A stretch of DNA of 64,000 bases from Chiloscyllium plagiosum (Eukaryota): positions 94,906,599 to 94,970,598 of the forward strand of contig NC_057719.1 of NCBI RefSeq assembly GCF_004010195.1, written 5' to 3'. The notes beneath the pieces were generated by a model. The model made no database searches, had not been told where the DNA came from, and saw only the letters and a list, made by a program, of their open reading frames with translations. Position numbers and translations under genes: made by a program. This document shows positions 22,802 through 37,342 of the stretch, piece by piece (the stretch's first letter is position 1; each line of letters begins with the position of its first letter).

Positions 22802-23230
22802 AGGTGCAGAGAAGATTTACCAGGATGTTGCCTGGAATGGAGAATAGGTCGTACGAGGATAGGTTGAGAGTGCTAGGCCTTTTCTCATTGGAACGGCGAA
22901 GGATGAGGGGTGACTTGATAGAGGTTTATAAGATGATCAGAGGAATAGATAGAATAGACAGTCAGAGATTTTTTCCCCGGGTACAACAGAGCGTTACAAG
23001 GGGACATAAATTTAAGGTGAAGGGTGGAAGGTATAGGGGAGATGTCAGGGGTAGGTTCTTTACCCAGAGAGTTGTGAGGGCATGGAATGTGCTGCCTGTG
23101 GGAGTGGTAGAGCCAGAATCTTTGGTGCAATTGGATAGGTACATGGATGGGTGCTTAAGCTAGGACAAATGTTCGGCACAACATCGTGGGCCGAAGGACC
23201 TGTTCTGTGCTGTATTGTTCCATGTTCTAA
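22802..23230 (+). mobile_element. Young CR1 3' fragment
   Basis: Open frame QRRFTRMLPGMENRSYEDRL..RGDLIEVYKMIRG..FFTQRVVRAWN, with a 3' tail like that of 4993-6444. Confidence 0.85.
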
Positions 23231-23901
23231 ATATGTCCAGTCTGTGGGACCTAACAGCTTACATCCGAGGGATAGAATGTTCACTCTATTGGGGTCAAAT
23301 GTGGAGCAATTGCTTTATGTGACTAACCTGTCATCTTCATTATTAAGATAATGTGACTGATTGTGTGCCAATCAGCTTGTTAAGAGCTGACAGATGAGTG
23401 TGAGCCCATCTCTCAGTCGACAGCAGATATTGACACTGGTGTTCTGGGTCATCGGAAGCTGGTACCTTCTTGATTCTGTCCCTCAGGTTATCTTCTATTA
23501 CTCAGGGATGGAGCAGCTTTAAGGTCTGTTTGACTTGCAGAAACCACCTCCCTCCTTTCTCCCCATCGATACATCTGACTGCCCCCCTCACCTCCACTGG
23601 ATCGGGGAACCTGACAGACGACTCACCCAATTCAGAAGCCAGTCACCTTTGTTGCTTGCCAGGGAGGCATGCAGTCAGGGGGTAAGGATTGAGATCATTA
23701 AGTGACCAATAAATAACCATTTAAGGGTCTTGATTGGTGATGAGTTGAAAAGATTACGCATACAGGGTGCAATTGGTGAGATGGGGAGAAGTAGATGGGA
23801 ACCTCTTCTGGGTCAGTTGTCCAATTACAAACAAAAATAGAAATTCTGGAGAAACTCAGTAGGTCTGACAGATCTATGGATTTAACGCAGACTTGACATT
23901 T

Positions 23902-26590
23902 TAGAACATAGAACATTACAGCGCAGTACAGGCCCTTTGACCTTCGATGTTGCACTGACCTGTGGAACCAATCTGAAGCCTATCTCTCCTGCACTATTCC
24001 ATTTTCATCCTCTATTTTCATCCATTTGTCTATTCAATGATGATTTAAATGTCCTTAAACTTGGAGAGTCTACTACTGTTGTAGGGAGTGCATTCCATGC
24101 CCCTACTACTCTCCTGAGTAAAGAAACTACCACTGACATCTGTCCTATATCTATCACCCCTCAATTTAAAGCTATGTCCCCTCAAGCTAGCCATCACCAT
24201 CAGAGGAAAAAGGCTCTCATTGTCCACTATCCTCTGATAATCTTATACGTTTCAATAAAGTCACCTCTCAATCTTCTTCTCTCTAACAAAAACAGCCTCA
24301 AGTCCCTCATGCTCAGTCCCTCAGCTTTCCCTCATAAGACCTTCCCTCCATACCAGGCAACATCCAGGTAAATCTCCTCTGAACCCTTTCCAAAGTTTCC
24401 ACATCCTTCCTATAATGTGGTGACTAGAACTGTGCAGCCGCACCAGAGTTTTGTACAGCTGTAGTATGACTTCATGGTTGCAAAACTCAATCCCTCGACC
24501 AATAAAAGAAAACACACCGCATGCTTTCTTAACAACCCTATCAACCTGGGTGGCAACGTTCAGGGATCTAGCTACATGGATACTGAGATCTCTCTGCTCA
24601 ACTACACAACCAAGATTCTTATCATTAGCCCAGAAGTCTTTATTCCTGTTGCTCCTTCCAAAGTGAATCACCTCACACTTTCCCACATTAAACTCCAATT
24701 GCCACCTCTCAGCCCAACTCTGCAGCTTATCTATGTTTTTCTGTAACCTGCAACATCCTTCAGCACTATCCACAACTCCACCAACCTTAGAGTCACCTGC
24801 AAATTTACTAACCCATCCTTCTAAGATCCTCATCCAGGTAATTTAGGAAAATGACAAACAGCAGTGACCACAAAACAGATCCTTGCGGCACATCATTAAT
24901 AACTGAACTCCAGGATGAACATTCCCCATCAAAAACCACCCTCTGTCTTCTTTCAGCTCACCAATTTCTGATCCAAACCACTAAATCACCCTCAATCCCA
25001 TACTTCCATACTTTGAGCAATAGACTTCTGTGGGGAACGTTATCAAACTCCTTACTGACATCCACATACACCACATCAACTGCTTTACCCTCATCCACCT
25101 GTTTGGTCACCATATCAAAGAACTCAATAATGTTTGTGAGACACGACCTACCCTTCACAAAAGTGTGTTGACTATCCCTAAGCAACTTATTACAATCGAG
25201 ATGATTATAAATTCTACCTCCTAAAACCTTTTCCAACACTTTACCCACAACTGAAGTAAGGCTCACTGGTCTATCATTACCAGGGTTGTCTGTACTCCCC
25301 TTCTTCAACAAGGGGACAACATTTGCTATCCTCCAGTCTTCTGACATTATTCCTGTAGACAATGATGACATAAAGATCAAAGCTAAAGGTTCTGCAATTT
25401 CCTCCCTGGCTTCCCAGAGAATCCTAGAATAAATCCCATCTTACCCAGGGAACTTATCTATTTTCACACATTCCAGCATTGCTAACACTTCCTCCTTGTG
25501 AACCTCAATCCCGTTTAGTCTAGTAGCCTGTATCTCTGTATTCTCATCAATAACTTTGTCTTTTTCCAGTGTGAATACTGACAAAAAATACTCATTTAGG
25601 GCTTCCCCTATCTCCCCTGACTCCACACACAACCTCCCATTACTATCCTTGATTGGACCTAATCCTCTTATTCTTTTATTCCTGACATACCTATAGAAAG
25701 CTTTAGGGTTTTCCTTGATCCTATCCATCAACGACTTCTCATGTCCCATCCTGACTCTTCTTAGCTCTCTCTTTCGGCCTTTCCTGGCTAACCTATAACT
25801 CTCAAGTTATCCTTTCCTCTACGTTTCTGGAACTATTCAGAGGCCTATAGAAAACTCCCAACAGGGTAACCTCTCCATTCCTGTTTCTAATCTCAGCCCA
25901 TAATATCTCAATAGACAAGTCCTCAAATGTCCGTAATACTATACTTGACTAACAATGCCACACCTCCCCCTCTTTTAGCATCTTCTCTGCTCTTACTGAA
26001 ACATCTAAATCCCAGAATCTGTAACAACCATTCCTGTCCCTGCTCTATCCATGTCTCTGAAATAGCCACAACATCGAAGTCCCAGGTAACAACCCATGCT
26101 GCAAGCTCATCCACCTTATTTTGGATTCTCCTGGTGTTGAAGTAGACATACTTCAAACCACCTTCCTGCTTGCCTTGTGAACTCTTGCAACCTTGAAGCC
26201 TTATTTCTGACCTCACTACTCTCAACCTCCTAGACACTGGAACTATAATTTTTGTTCCCATTCCCCTGCTGAATTTGTTTAAACATCCTGAAGAGAATTA
26301 GCAAATTTCACCCCAGATTATTGATACCCCTCTGGTTCAGGTGAAGACCATCCTGTTTAGAGGTCCCCCTACCCCAGAATGAGCCCCAATTACCCAGGTA
26401 TCTGAAACCCTTCCTCCTGCACGATTCCTATAGCAACATGTTCAACTCCTCTCTCTCACTATTTCTCACCTCACTAGCATGTGGCTCGGGCAACAAACCA
26501 GAAATAACAACTCTGTTTGTTCTAGCACTACACTTCCACCTAGCTCCTTGAATTTCTGCCTGAAATTCCCATCCCTTTTCCTACCTATGT
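23902..26590 (-). mobile_element. CR1 LINE, internally deleted (ORF1 end, EN, RT, 3' tail)
   Basis: DVVAISETWIEQGQEW, DWRIANVVPL, VDVSKEFDNVPH and KFAGDSK motifs; tail tagaacatagaaca at 23902. Confidence 0.88.
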
Positions 26591-28692
26591 CGGGTCCAGT
26601 GATCCTTTAGGACTGAACTAGACTCAAAATATTCACTCTCTTTCTTCCCAAAGATGCTGCCAAACTTGCTGGATTTCTCCAGCAATTTCTGTTTTGTTTC
26701 AGATTTCCAGTTTTTTTTTTTTATTTTCCAGTTGTCCAAGTAGTTGTTTCACCATCTAGGGAGGGGAAAATGCTGCTCTAGGATTCTATAAGAAATAGCT
26801 ATAGAAGTATTTAATATGCCCCAGGTGATTTTTCAAAAAGTTCAAAATTGTGGAAGTCCCAACATTAGAAAATATAAACTCTGCTACTCAGAAAAGTGGG
26901 GACTGAGGGAGTGAAGAGCAGGCTAGTTAGCCTGACATCTAACATTGACAACATGCTGGCATATAATAACCAAGAAGTCTTAACAATTTACAAAGAAAAG
27001 CACGGTATAACTGAAACATGGTTTTACAAAAGGGAAAATCCAGGTTAGATTGATTAGAAGTTTTGAGAACCTAACTAGCGAGGTAGAAAAAGGGGACCCA
27101 GTAAGATGTACAACACTTGGATTTCCAAATGTATGTGATAAGGTACATTCAATATACAAGGATTCATATGTCGGGAGTGATTTTAACTCAGACAGAGGAT
27201 TGGTTAACAGACAGAAAGTCAGTGCCAGGTGCAGGTTGTGACGAGTCGACTGCCACATGGATCAGTGAGGGCCCTTAGCTGTTTACAATCCATGCTAATA
27301 GCTTCAACAAAGAAGTTGTAAGCCAATGCACAAGGGAAAAACATGCTCAAACCAAACTATTGCCTAATTACCCGAGCCATTGGCAAACAAGGGGAAACAG
27401 TTTCAGGGGTTAAAGATTAAGCACTTTGATGAGGAGAAATATCTTCACTCAAAGAATTGTGAATTATTGGAATTGTTTAGCTCAGTTGGCTGAACAGCTG
27501 GTTTGTAATGTAGAGTGATTCTAATAGTGTGTGTTCAATTCCTGTACTTGCTGTGCTTATCCTGAAGAACTGTTATTTTCAGCCACTGCCTGCTGTCCCT
27601 GAGGGCATGATGGCCCTTAAGTTAAACCACCATCAGTCCTGTCTCCCTAATGAGAAGGCAGCCCTGTAGCATGATAAGACTTTGGTGACTTTATCGTGTT
27701 GTGGATGCTCCATCACTAAATACATTTCAGACTGGAATAGATAGATTCTTGGTCTCTCAGAGAAGCAAAGGATATGAAAGTTGAGGGGGAAGAGGAATTG
27801 AAGCCAAAGATCAGCTATGATCTTATCAAATGGCTGATTTGATCTTCTCCCATGTCTTATATTCTTATGAAGGGTCAGTTTGAATGAAGCAAGAGCTGGA
27901 GACCTTTTCATGAATGAGGATGGAGATCAGAATGCAGATGATTATATTTGCATAGCTTGGTGCATCTCCCTATCACTGATGGAAGACAAATGCCTCAGCA
28001 GAGTTATAGTTGGAGCATTTTTTTCCATCTACAACAAGGAAGCAAACTACGCTGCCAGTTTATAAAGCTAATCCTATCCTCCCCTATTACAGCTCACTCC
28101 TGCCTCATGGTGCAATAAGCTCATGAGCTGCTTATACATTAACAAAGAGGCAACAGAGGTTACTCAGCAGGACAGGCACTTCCAACTGTTTCCCACTGAT
28201 AGAACATCGTGGCTCTGTTTCTTAAAGTGCATTGACTGGGCTCACTCAGTAATTGGATCCCGCTGATGCCTCAGCAAAATACCTGGATGGTCAATGTACA
28301 GACTTGTATATATGAATGATTAATTCCGATCTCTGTATATAAAGAAATGGAATGTATACGTATGTATGGCATGACCAATTGTATAGATATCAAATTAATT
28401 TTATGAATAAAGTATATTTTTGAAAATAAATTGACTGGAGTTTAGCTAATCTGAAAGTTTTCATGATTAATTACAGTTAATGATGCTTTTTTTGTATGAC
28501 TAAGAGGCATTGAAAGAGGTTTAAGATTACGCTTTGGTGAGCAATAAATACAAACAGGTTGAAATATAACATTTTTTTAGCACTTACATTCGTGTTATCT
28601 ACCTGCTATATCATATACTAGTCAGGTACTTCTAGTTTACACAGATACCTAAGTTGTACTATCTTTGTCGACAAGGCACTGTGTTTTTGTCC

Positions 28693-29035
28693 TTATTCAT
28701 TCACAGGATAAGGACATCTCTGGCTAGACCAGCATTTATTGCCCATCCCTAATTGCCCAGAGGGCAGTTAAAAGTCACCCACATTGCTGTAAGTCTGGAG
28801 TCACATGTAGGTCAGGCCAGATAAGAATGGCAGTTTCCTTCCCTGAAAGACATTAGTGAACCTGGAAATCAACAATGGTTTCAAAGAGTCATCATTAGAC
28901 TTTTTAATTTCAGATATTAATTGAGTTCAAATTCCACATCTGCCATGATGGGATTCAAACTGAGATCCCAAGAGCATTATCTGGGTCTCTGGGTTAACGA
29001 TCCAGTGATAATTCCGTTAGGCCATCACGGCCCCC
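28693..29035 (-). mobile_element. tRNA-derived SINE (second family), near full length
   Basis: Reverse-strand tRNA-like A/B boxes (tggcctaacgg..gtttgaatccc) plus the family body. Confidence 0.7.
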
Positions 29036-29646
29036 TGCAATAACACTGGCTGCCAGATTCTGCTCATTATGATGCACTGCTGTTTGTACAGTGAATGCCT
29101 GAAATTTAAAGCAGGTTAACTTTCCTCACATACAAACTAGATTCTATCATGCCTATTTTTCCCACCGTTAAACCAGGATAAGGATAATGAGTGCTTTACT
29201 AATTGCCCATATATCTTGCTTCACCCTCTAATTAGGTCTACTTTCTGCTGTTCTGCCACATTTTCTTTTCCCCCATGTAGCCTCAGGAAAAGGTAACATG
29301 TTTTTCAAAATGGTTTTCAACATGTCTGAAGTAGTTTAGCCCTGCTATCCTGACACATTCTCTTGTGTGACAGCATTCATTAATTTTTTTCAGCATCCCC
29401 TGTCGGATAACTTACAATTCAATAGAGTTGCAAGTGCTTCGTTCAATGTGAACAGAAAGTATAGTCACCTGATTTAAATGACTTGACTTCAAGAACTGAA
29501 GCAACTATATAATACAGTATACACACACACTACTGCAGCAACATGTTACTGTGTAACCTTTACAAAAGTAAACATCTACCATCATGATTAACAATACACT
29601 AAGTTAGTGTGATCTTTTAATTAAATGTAAGAGTGGATCTACTCAC

Positions 29647-29791
29647 TCATTGAAAATCAGATCTGGAGCAAAGTACAGCATTTTTCCTTTGACGTGTTTA
29701 TATGACCGCCATCCCATTGCAAATACCATCAGACCCATCCAAGAATATTGAATGAGAGTCATTTGATCATCTATGTGCAAATTCCGGAATC
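29647..29791 (-). CDS. pgr: Progesterone receptor LBD exon (equivalent to human PGR exon 5); not in the ORF track
   Basis: tacag|GATTCCGGAAT...TTCAATGA|gtgagt, 145 bp. Translates (G)[47 protein letters not shown](E), close to human [51 protein letters not shown]. Phases match both neighbouring exons. Confidence 0.93.
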
Positions 29792-30799
29792 CTGTAAATA
29801 CATATGCAGAGGTTAAAAAGAAGAGTCTTCATTATTGGCATAATGGGAAAACAGGCAAAATATGCATTGTGATGTGCACAGAACCTAAGAGCTGACCAAA
29901 AGTATCCCAGTGGGATTAGCTTTCCAAGTTAATGAATGATTTTCTATTTCCCCTTCAATGAGATGAGAAGTTTGACATTAACAGATTACTCACCTGTGGT
30001 TCAAACCTACACAGATTATCCAGATAAAGACCCAATGCAATGAACCATGCTGCTTTGATATGCTAAGGCTGTCACATGACTTCGACCATGGTATATCAAC
30101 TTTACTGGTGTCACATACATTCCACCTTATTCCCATTAGAATCACCTAACAATTATTATTTTAACATGTTTAAAATAAAATGATTAACCTGGACCTCATC
30201 ATCATAACATAAAGTAATTAATATCACTGTATTCAATAATCATTATACATATCAATACAGAATGTTTGAAAGCAGCAGAAAAAAGGAGAGATATTTTTCT
30301 TCCTTTTCAGCTGATTTCAGTATTTCAGGAGCAAGTGAGACTGCTATCTTTGGGAGCTTCCACCTGTCCATCTGTTTAAATGGATTCCAAATATGAAGAA
30401 TACATCATAAACCACATTCTCTATCATGCATGCATAGCAATCCAACTGGGATAAATGTATGTGATTTCTGTTTGATCCATTTAGATGGCTTGGGGAGAAG
30501 TGGGTAAAGAAATTAGATTATCCATGTGAACTCTTGCTGTGCCTAGGTTTCTATGTAAAATTACAAGCTGTAGATATCTAGAGGGAAATGTATTTGATCA
30601 GCAATGTTAGCTCAGTTTGTGGCAATTTCACAAAATAATAGACTCTTGCAAAAATGTTTATGTGAAGCTGTAAATCAATTTTGTGCCATATTCTAGTGTG
30701 TACTTCCTGGCTTTCATTGTGCTGAATACATAACAACAGTCTGTTCTAGTGAACTGGAAATAAAATACCTAAAGTTAGAAATTCCTATTTTGGTATAAG

Positions 30800-31004
30800 T
30801 TAAAAATCACACAACACCAGGTTATAGTCCAACAGGTTTATTTGGAAGCACTAGCCTTCGGAGCACTGCTTCTTCATCAGGTGTTTGTGGAGAATAAGAT
30901 CATGCTCACAGAATTTATAGCCAAAGGAGTCCAGTGTCATGGAGATATTATACAGTGAACAATCTTAGATTAAAACTTCCATCTTTTATAATGGGATATG
31001 CTGG
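30800..31004 (-). mobile_element. Family B Penelope-derived insert with a degenerate hammerhead core (30849-30883)
   Basis: Matches 3178-3267. Flanks are tttggtataag and tttggcataag. Confidence 0.7.
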
Positions 31005-33859
31005 TTTGGCATAAGAATAGATAATCTTTTTTGTGCTGATAGTTTCAACCTCAGAAGTCAACAGTTTTCATAAATATTTGTGGTGGCATGTACTTCTTTA
31101 CAATGCATCCAGAGGAAAAGGTGAAAAGATGCACTTGCTTTAAATGATATTGAACCATTTATTATTGAACTATCAAGCACCTTAAATGGCATGAGATGTT
31201 CATTACTTCAATCCAGCTGAACAGTACGGAAAATGCCTTGGGATAACTCATTAAGGAATTTAATGTGACAAGGTCCTTTTTTTAATTATAGACTGAAGAA
31301 CAAGTCACGGAATGTGGATTTATCAGACAGATTTTACCAGATTTACCAGAGATCGACCACAATGATAACAAATGTGTTGCAGTTTGACAAATTTGCAAGG
31401 ATTTTATGATATTCTCTGTCATGACATATCATTATGTATAAAAACACATGAAACATAAAGTTAAATATAATTGTATTCTGATCATAGTTAATCTTCTTTA
31501 ATGCAACCAAATATTAAAATGATAGACAAATACATGGAATGAAAATGAAACAGAATTTTCTCAGTGCACAGGTATGAGCATTGAAAGGATGCTACAAATA
31601 ACATACAAGCAAATCTGACCAACTACAAATGCTGTAAGAACTGGGGAGAACAATATTTGTGTTGGAACTAGTTGAGTTAGCAAGCTTACCAAGATAGTCC
31701 TAGATCATGCACAATGACAGTTACACTTAAGTTAATTTTGATTTTCATAGTGGGAATGGCTATTGTGATGTACTCCCAGTGCAAAACTTGTACCCATTAT
31801 GCAAAACCACTTCTGGAAATGATCAGTATGCAAACTGTGGAATGGGCTATTGGACAAACGGAAGCTCCAGCTGGTATGTAACTTTTATAGTAAAATGACA
31901 TCTCAATTGTAAGTCTGTTTATTATCTTCTGGACAATTGTGACACAGAATCACTGCAGACCTCAGCATAAATTTCATTTGATCATAAGAAAGTTAACCTA
32001 AACTGAAAACAGATTTCAATTTATTCTTTTAACAGAAAGTTGAGAAACCATGAAAAAAGAAATTCCTCCCTTGTCCCGGGAGTTCTGCCACACACAGACA
32101 GAATGATTCTACATGTGTAGTGACTACTCCATAGGGTTAGCATCAGCAAGTGAATTCAGAAATATATCTTGGAGGATGACATTGAGTTTCTGAAACAACT
32201 ATGTAATTCACTACAAGTGGCAAGCGGGGAATAGGATAATTGATCAGAAAAATGCAGAGTGAAACCAATCAGAAATTTTGAGTGATCACACATCAGCATT
32301 ATGACTGCAAAAGCTAGCTTTTAAGTGAATACGTTCCATCTAGAAGATACCCAATAACTAGAAACATTTCTCTTGTCTCTGTGGAGAACATACTGGAAGA
32401 TGATTGGAGTATTCTGGTGGTATCCAGGAGCTGAATTTTATGAGCACTGCCAGACTGGAAAGTGAAGGGATCCACAAATTAGGGCAACGTTCCATCAGCC
32501 ACATTGGCCATCCTGCCCTGACCATCATAACTTCCTGGGAATTGAGGGAGGCATTGAGTTGGCTGCCAATTTTTGTCTCAACAGAGACCCTATAGTGGAC
32601 AATTAGTCTTCCAGCTGTTTGGATTTAGTGGGTTGAAGGAATGGCCTGTGCCCAACATGGAGTTTAGCAAATGTAATCCTACAGACTGCAGGTCAGTGAA
32701 AGGGGCCATTTCGCTCCAGGTCTCTATGTAACTGGAGGTCTCAGTCCCACATTTTTGCCTCTCCAAATCTTGCTTTCCCCTGTCCAATCCAGTATGTGTG
32801 ATCATTTAATATGGTCTGAAGAAATGCTGGAAGCCTAATGGAACAAGAAAACAGTCAAGGGACGTATTAATTAGGAGTTAACAAGGGTTGAATTGGATGC
32901 ATAAATATGGGGAGCTTGTAATCAGTAATGGTATGAGTTGTCTGGAGTGTGGCCAAATGAAATAAAGCTCTGACGTAAAAATGTGAACTTGAATTCTGTT
33001 TAACATATATCATCTGACCTTCTCACTGTAGCCTCTTAACCCAGCCTTTTTGTGATTGCAAATTTATGTGCACTTGGGAGTATTCATGATTTTCTGGCTC
33101 CTGGACCTTATACTATCACTGATAGTGGCCGCTGGCCCTGGTGTGGCACAAAGCTATTAGCTTCCAATTGGCTGGCATCTTGATGAGGGTTCCCCATGGA
33201 GATAGAGGGAAGTCCTTGCATATTAATGAAAGGGTTTTTATCCGAAAAACTGAATGGACTGAGCTGGCCAGGCAGCGGTAGATGTGTCCCTGAAATCTAC
33301 ACAGGGGTACAAAGAGTTCACTCCCTGTGTATAATCCAGCCCAATAACCTGAATATCATCTATTATCTTTAATATAAATAGTGAACGAATAATAAGACCC
33401 ACGGCATATGTGGCAAAGCTCATAATGGCATACTGTATACCTAGAGGTGAGGTGTTTCATGAACACTCTCAGTGTGCAGCTGAGGTCTGTGGGCTCACAT
33501 TCCATTATATGATGATGATTACTTTGCACTAGAAGACAAGAGTGCAGATAACTTTAGGGAATTTATTATTGATTAATTCCATTGTAGTTCAATAGTCTAT
33601 GATTGACTTATTTCCTCCAGCATAATTTCTTCCTAGTCTTCAAACACGACTGGTATTGCAATTGGTGAAAGAAATATTGCACAGGATAGATCACATCAAG
33701 ATTCTTTTACCTTCTCGGAGGTACCTTGTGAAAACCTCAAAGTATCTGAAGCATTACTTGACCAGGCCAATTATTTGGTCTTTCATGGTTTCTCCATGTG
33801 CCTGCAGTTGTGCTCGACTGGGCTTTGGAGGCATTACATTCTGAAAGTAGTTCGTTATG

Positions 33860-34230
33860 CCTTACACATTTTGCACACAATGAATTGCTTTGAAATGTAG
33901 CGATTTATTTTTGGATAACCATAGCAGATATTTTTGCTCCCAAAAATTGAACAATGACATTAAGCAGTCAACATGCCTCTGGTGGTGTTAATTGTAAAAG
34001 GAACATTGGCTTGACCAACTCTCTGTTCTTGGAATAGTTCCATGCGATTTTACCATTCAACTAAACAGGCAGATCGGATCAACTGTTAATCCCAGCATCT
34101 AATATAGTACCTCCAACAACTTGGTAGTTACCATCTGATCACTGCAGTGTTAACATTCAATTTAGAATTAAGTGTGGTATAGTTTAACACACAGGTATCT
34201 CATACTTTTGCAGCAGCACTGACAGCCAAA
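33860..34230 (-). mobile_element. Highly degraded DeuSINE (SacSINE1/AmnSINE1-like)
   Basis: Reverse-strand blocks caatgaattgctttgaaatgtag and tcttggaatagttccatgcgatttt..ggcaga resemble the Deu-domain SINE body in order and spacing (comparison from memory). Confidence 0.45.
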
Positions 34231-34514
34231 TCTGTACAAATGGAGATGTCAAAAAAGTGACCTGCAAAAAATAAACGCTTACTGATCGTTCTACATCAGT
34301 TACATATAGTAGATAAAAAACTATGATTACTTACAAATTTTGAACTTTGGACAACCTAATGCTGATTATTACATAATTTGCAGACACCTAGTAAGTGCAA
34401 GATAGAATAAGGAAAAGAAAGCAACATTTTTGTAAGTGAGATTTCTTTATTAAACTTGAATTACTGACAATAAAACCACATTCTGTCTGGAATTGAAAAT
34501 ATGAACACTTCCTT

Positions 34515-37220
34515 CAGAGTGCAGAGCTGAGCAGCAGCAACAGCAAGAATAAACTGAGCAGAAGACAGGGTGTTAGCTACAGAGTGCAGAGTGAGCAGCC
34601 GCAACTTGAGCAGTGGTGGCAGCAGCAATAAGTAGAGTCAGTTCAGGACTCCAGTTGCAGAGTGCAGAGCAGATTAGCAGCAGCAGCAATAAATAGAATG
34701 GGAAATAGGACCTAGATACAGAGTATAGAGCTCAGTGGCAGCAGCATTAGGAGGAGACAACATATATCCAGAGAAAAACACTCAAGAAGTAATGTCACAA
34801 GACTTCTGATTGAGGGGCAGTGTTTTCATTGTCTTTATTTCTGTATGCAAGACTTATAGATTAAATTAAGCAAGTTAGATATTTGCAGAGAAGGTTTTTA
34901 AGTTTGGTACATTTTTAATTTAGGTACATTGAAGTAGACTTCAGTGTAAGAAAGCCTTAAGTTGTGTTTAAATTAACTTCCTGTAAAACATAGAGACCTC
35001 AGTATAAGGGAAGCAGCTGATTTTCACATGTCCACTTTACTTCTGTTAAATCAACTAATTATTGAATAAAAATAAAGCACTGGCAGGGCATCTCAGTTTA
35101 CTTTAACTTTTACTTTCCATGAGGGAACCTTTCAATTCCTCGATAAGTAATGAGTATTGTCAGATCGAGGAGCTCAGTTCCAGCATGAGCAACAGCTGGT
35201 GTCTCTGTAGTGCATACACAAGGACAAAAAATTCATGAATCCAGGGGAGGTGGTGGCACAGTGGTAATGTCAATGGATTAGTAAACCAGAGGTCCAGGTT
35301 AACATTATGGGGGGATGGGTTCAAATCCCACCATGGCAGCTGATATTTGAAATCAATAAAAAGCCAGCCCAAGGGTGACCACATCTATCAATCATCTAAA
35401 AAAAAATCCAATTTACTAATACCCTTTAGGGAAGGAAATCTGACATCCTTACCTGGTCTGGCCTACATGTGACTCTTGAGTGTGATCAAATGGCAGCTTA
35501 AGGTTGTGCAGATAATGAGGGTGATCACCATGCAATCAAGGAGGACCAGGAAGGTAGTGTAGGAGCTTCTAGTTCAGAATACTGCTGAGAATGATGGTTC
35601 CTCTGGGTTCTGCGGACAAAACTAAGTTCAGAGCACCACTGCTGATTTAAATGCACAGAGGATGGCAGGGAGGAAACATGATCCATCCAGGTACCAATAG
35701 CACAGGCAAAAATAGGGATGAAGTCCTGAACGAAGAGTTTAGGTACTTGGGAAACACGTGACTACACATGGTGCAAAATACTAGTGAGTATAGAAATTAG
35801 ACAGATCAGATAGCTGCGTGGCTGGTGAGATTTACAGGTGAGAGTTTTAGAGTCTTGCGACAATAGGACTGGTTCTGGGGGAAGTGGAATCTATAAAGCT
35901 GCCAGAGTGATAGGTAAACCAATGTCTTTGTTGGATAGCTTGCTGCTACTATTGGTGAAAACTTAGATTATTCTGGCAGAGGGGTGGCAATGATGATTTT
36001 TTCAGACAGGAAAATCAAGGGACACAAGGAATTTGGAGGGGAACCTGTAGACTCCATATAATTAGATTCAGAAATAGCAAGTTATCAAGTGGGATCATAG
36101 GAAGGGAAAATTCAATAAAAATTCTACATTAGTTTTACAGTACATGCATGTGAATACACAAAACATGGTCAATACAGTTGGTGAGCTGTAGGTACAGATA
36201 GCCATGTGGCAATATGATTCATGGTGACAAGATGATGGGCAAAACTGGGTAATAAATGTTCATGAATATATGATATTCAGCAAAGATTGAGAAGAAAAGA
36301 ATAGATAAGTGGCAATATCGAGAATGTGGAGGAATCTGTTCAGATACAGAGAAAAAATAGTAGAGATATCATTACACGACTGGATGAATTTTATTGCTCA
36401 CCATCTAGTGGGAAAGATACTGAGGAAGAAATTTATAGGAAGATAACAAAGAGGTGTTAAAATTATCGAGTACTTATAATGGGGACTTTCATTTTCCTAA
36501 TATAAATTTGCATAGCAATCATGTTAATGGCAGAAAGAGTGGAGAGATTGTGAAGTTTGTGCAGGAGAATTTCCTATATCACTATGTTCCTGACTCATCA
36601 AGTAATGTGGCAGCATTGGAGAACGAGGTGGGACAAGGGGATCAAATGTTAATGAGAAATTATAATAAACTTGTATAAAACGTTAGTTCATTTTTAACTA
36701 GAGTAGTATGTTCAATTTTGACACCACGCCGGAGCAAAAAAATGGGAAAGCTTTAGGAAGGGTGTGAAAATATTTACAACAGTGGTTCCGAGCATGAGGA
36801 AGTCAGATCGCAGAAATTGGGATGTTGTCTTTTGAGTGAAGAAGGTTAAAAGGAAACTTTAATTGACGTGTTCAAAATCATGAATAATTTGGAGAGAGTA
36901 GCTTGGTAGATTATTTCTACTGATGGTCAGATAGTGAGTCAGATTACACTGATTTAAGGTAATTGGCGGAAGAACTAAAGATGACATTTGGAACCTTTTT
37001 TTGTGTGCAGTGAAGAGATAGGACCTGAAACACATTACCTGAGGCACTGGTGGAAGTAGATTCTATTGTGGCTTTCAAAATGGTACAGGATAATTTCATG
37101 AAGAGAAAATATTTGCAGAGTTACCGGAAAAGGCGGGAATTCAAACTAACTCTTGCAGAGAACAAACACAAAGATAATAGATCTATTGGCCTCCTTCTGG
37201 CTTATAAATATGTTATGATT
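34515..37220 (+). mobile_element. Old, near full-length but deleted CR1 with 5' tandem repeats; SINE nested at 35244-35475
   Basis: Four agagtgcagag..gcagcagca units at 34515-34750, then ORF1-like IHPGTN..RDEVL, endonuclease MGDFHFPNI and KFVQENFL, and a CR1-like 3' end at about 37220. Confidence 0.6.
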
Positions 37221-37342
37221 CAGTCATAGGTATAAAAATGTTTTTCTGATACTATCAATTCAGGGTAAAGAGATCTCTATTGCATAAAATCTGGAATCTA
37301 TCAGCTGAGGGTGTATTCTAAGTGAGGTAGAGAAAAATAACA

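Noticed and set aside
30733..30747. Second hormone response element ACAACAgtcTGTTCT
   Set aside because: Mismatch at a critical G; such matches are expected by chance.
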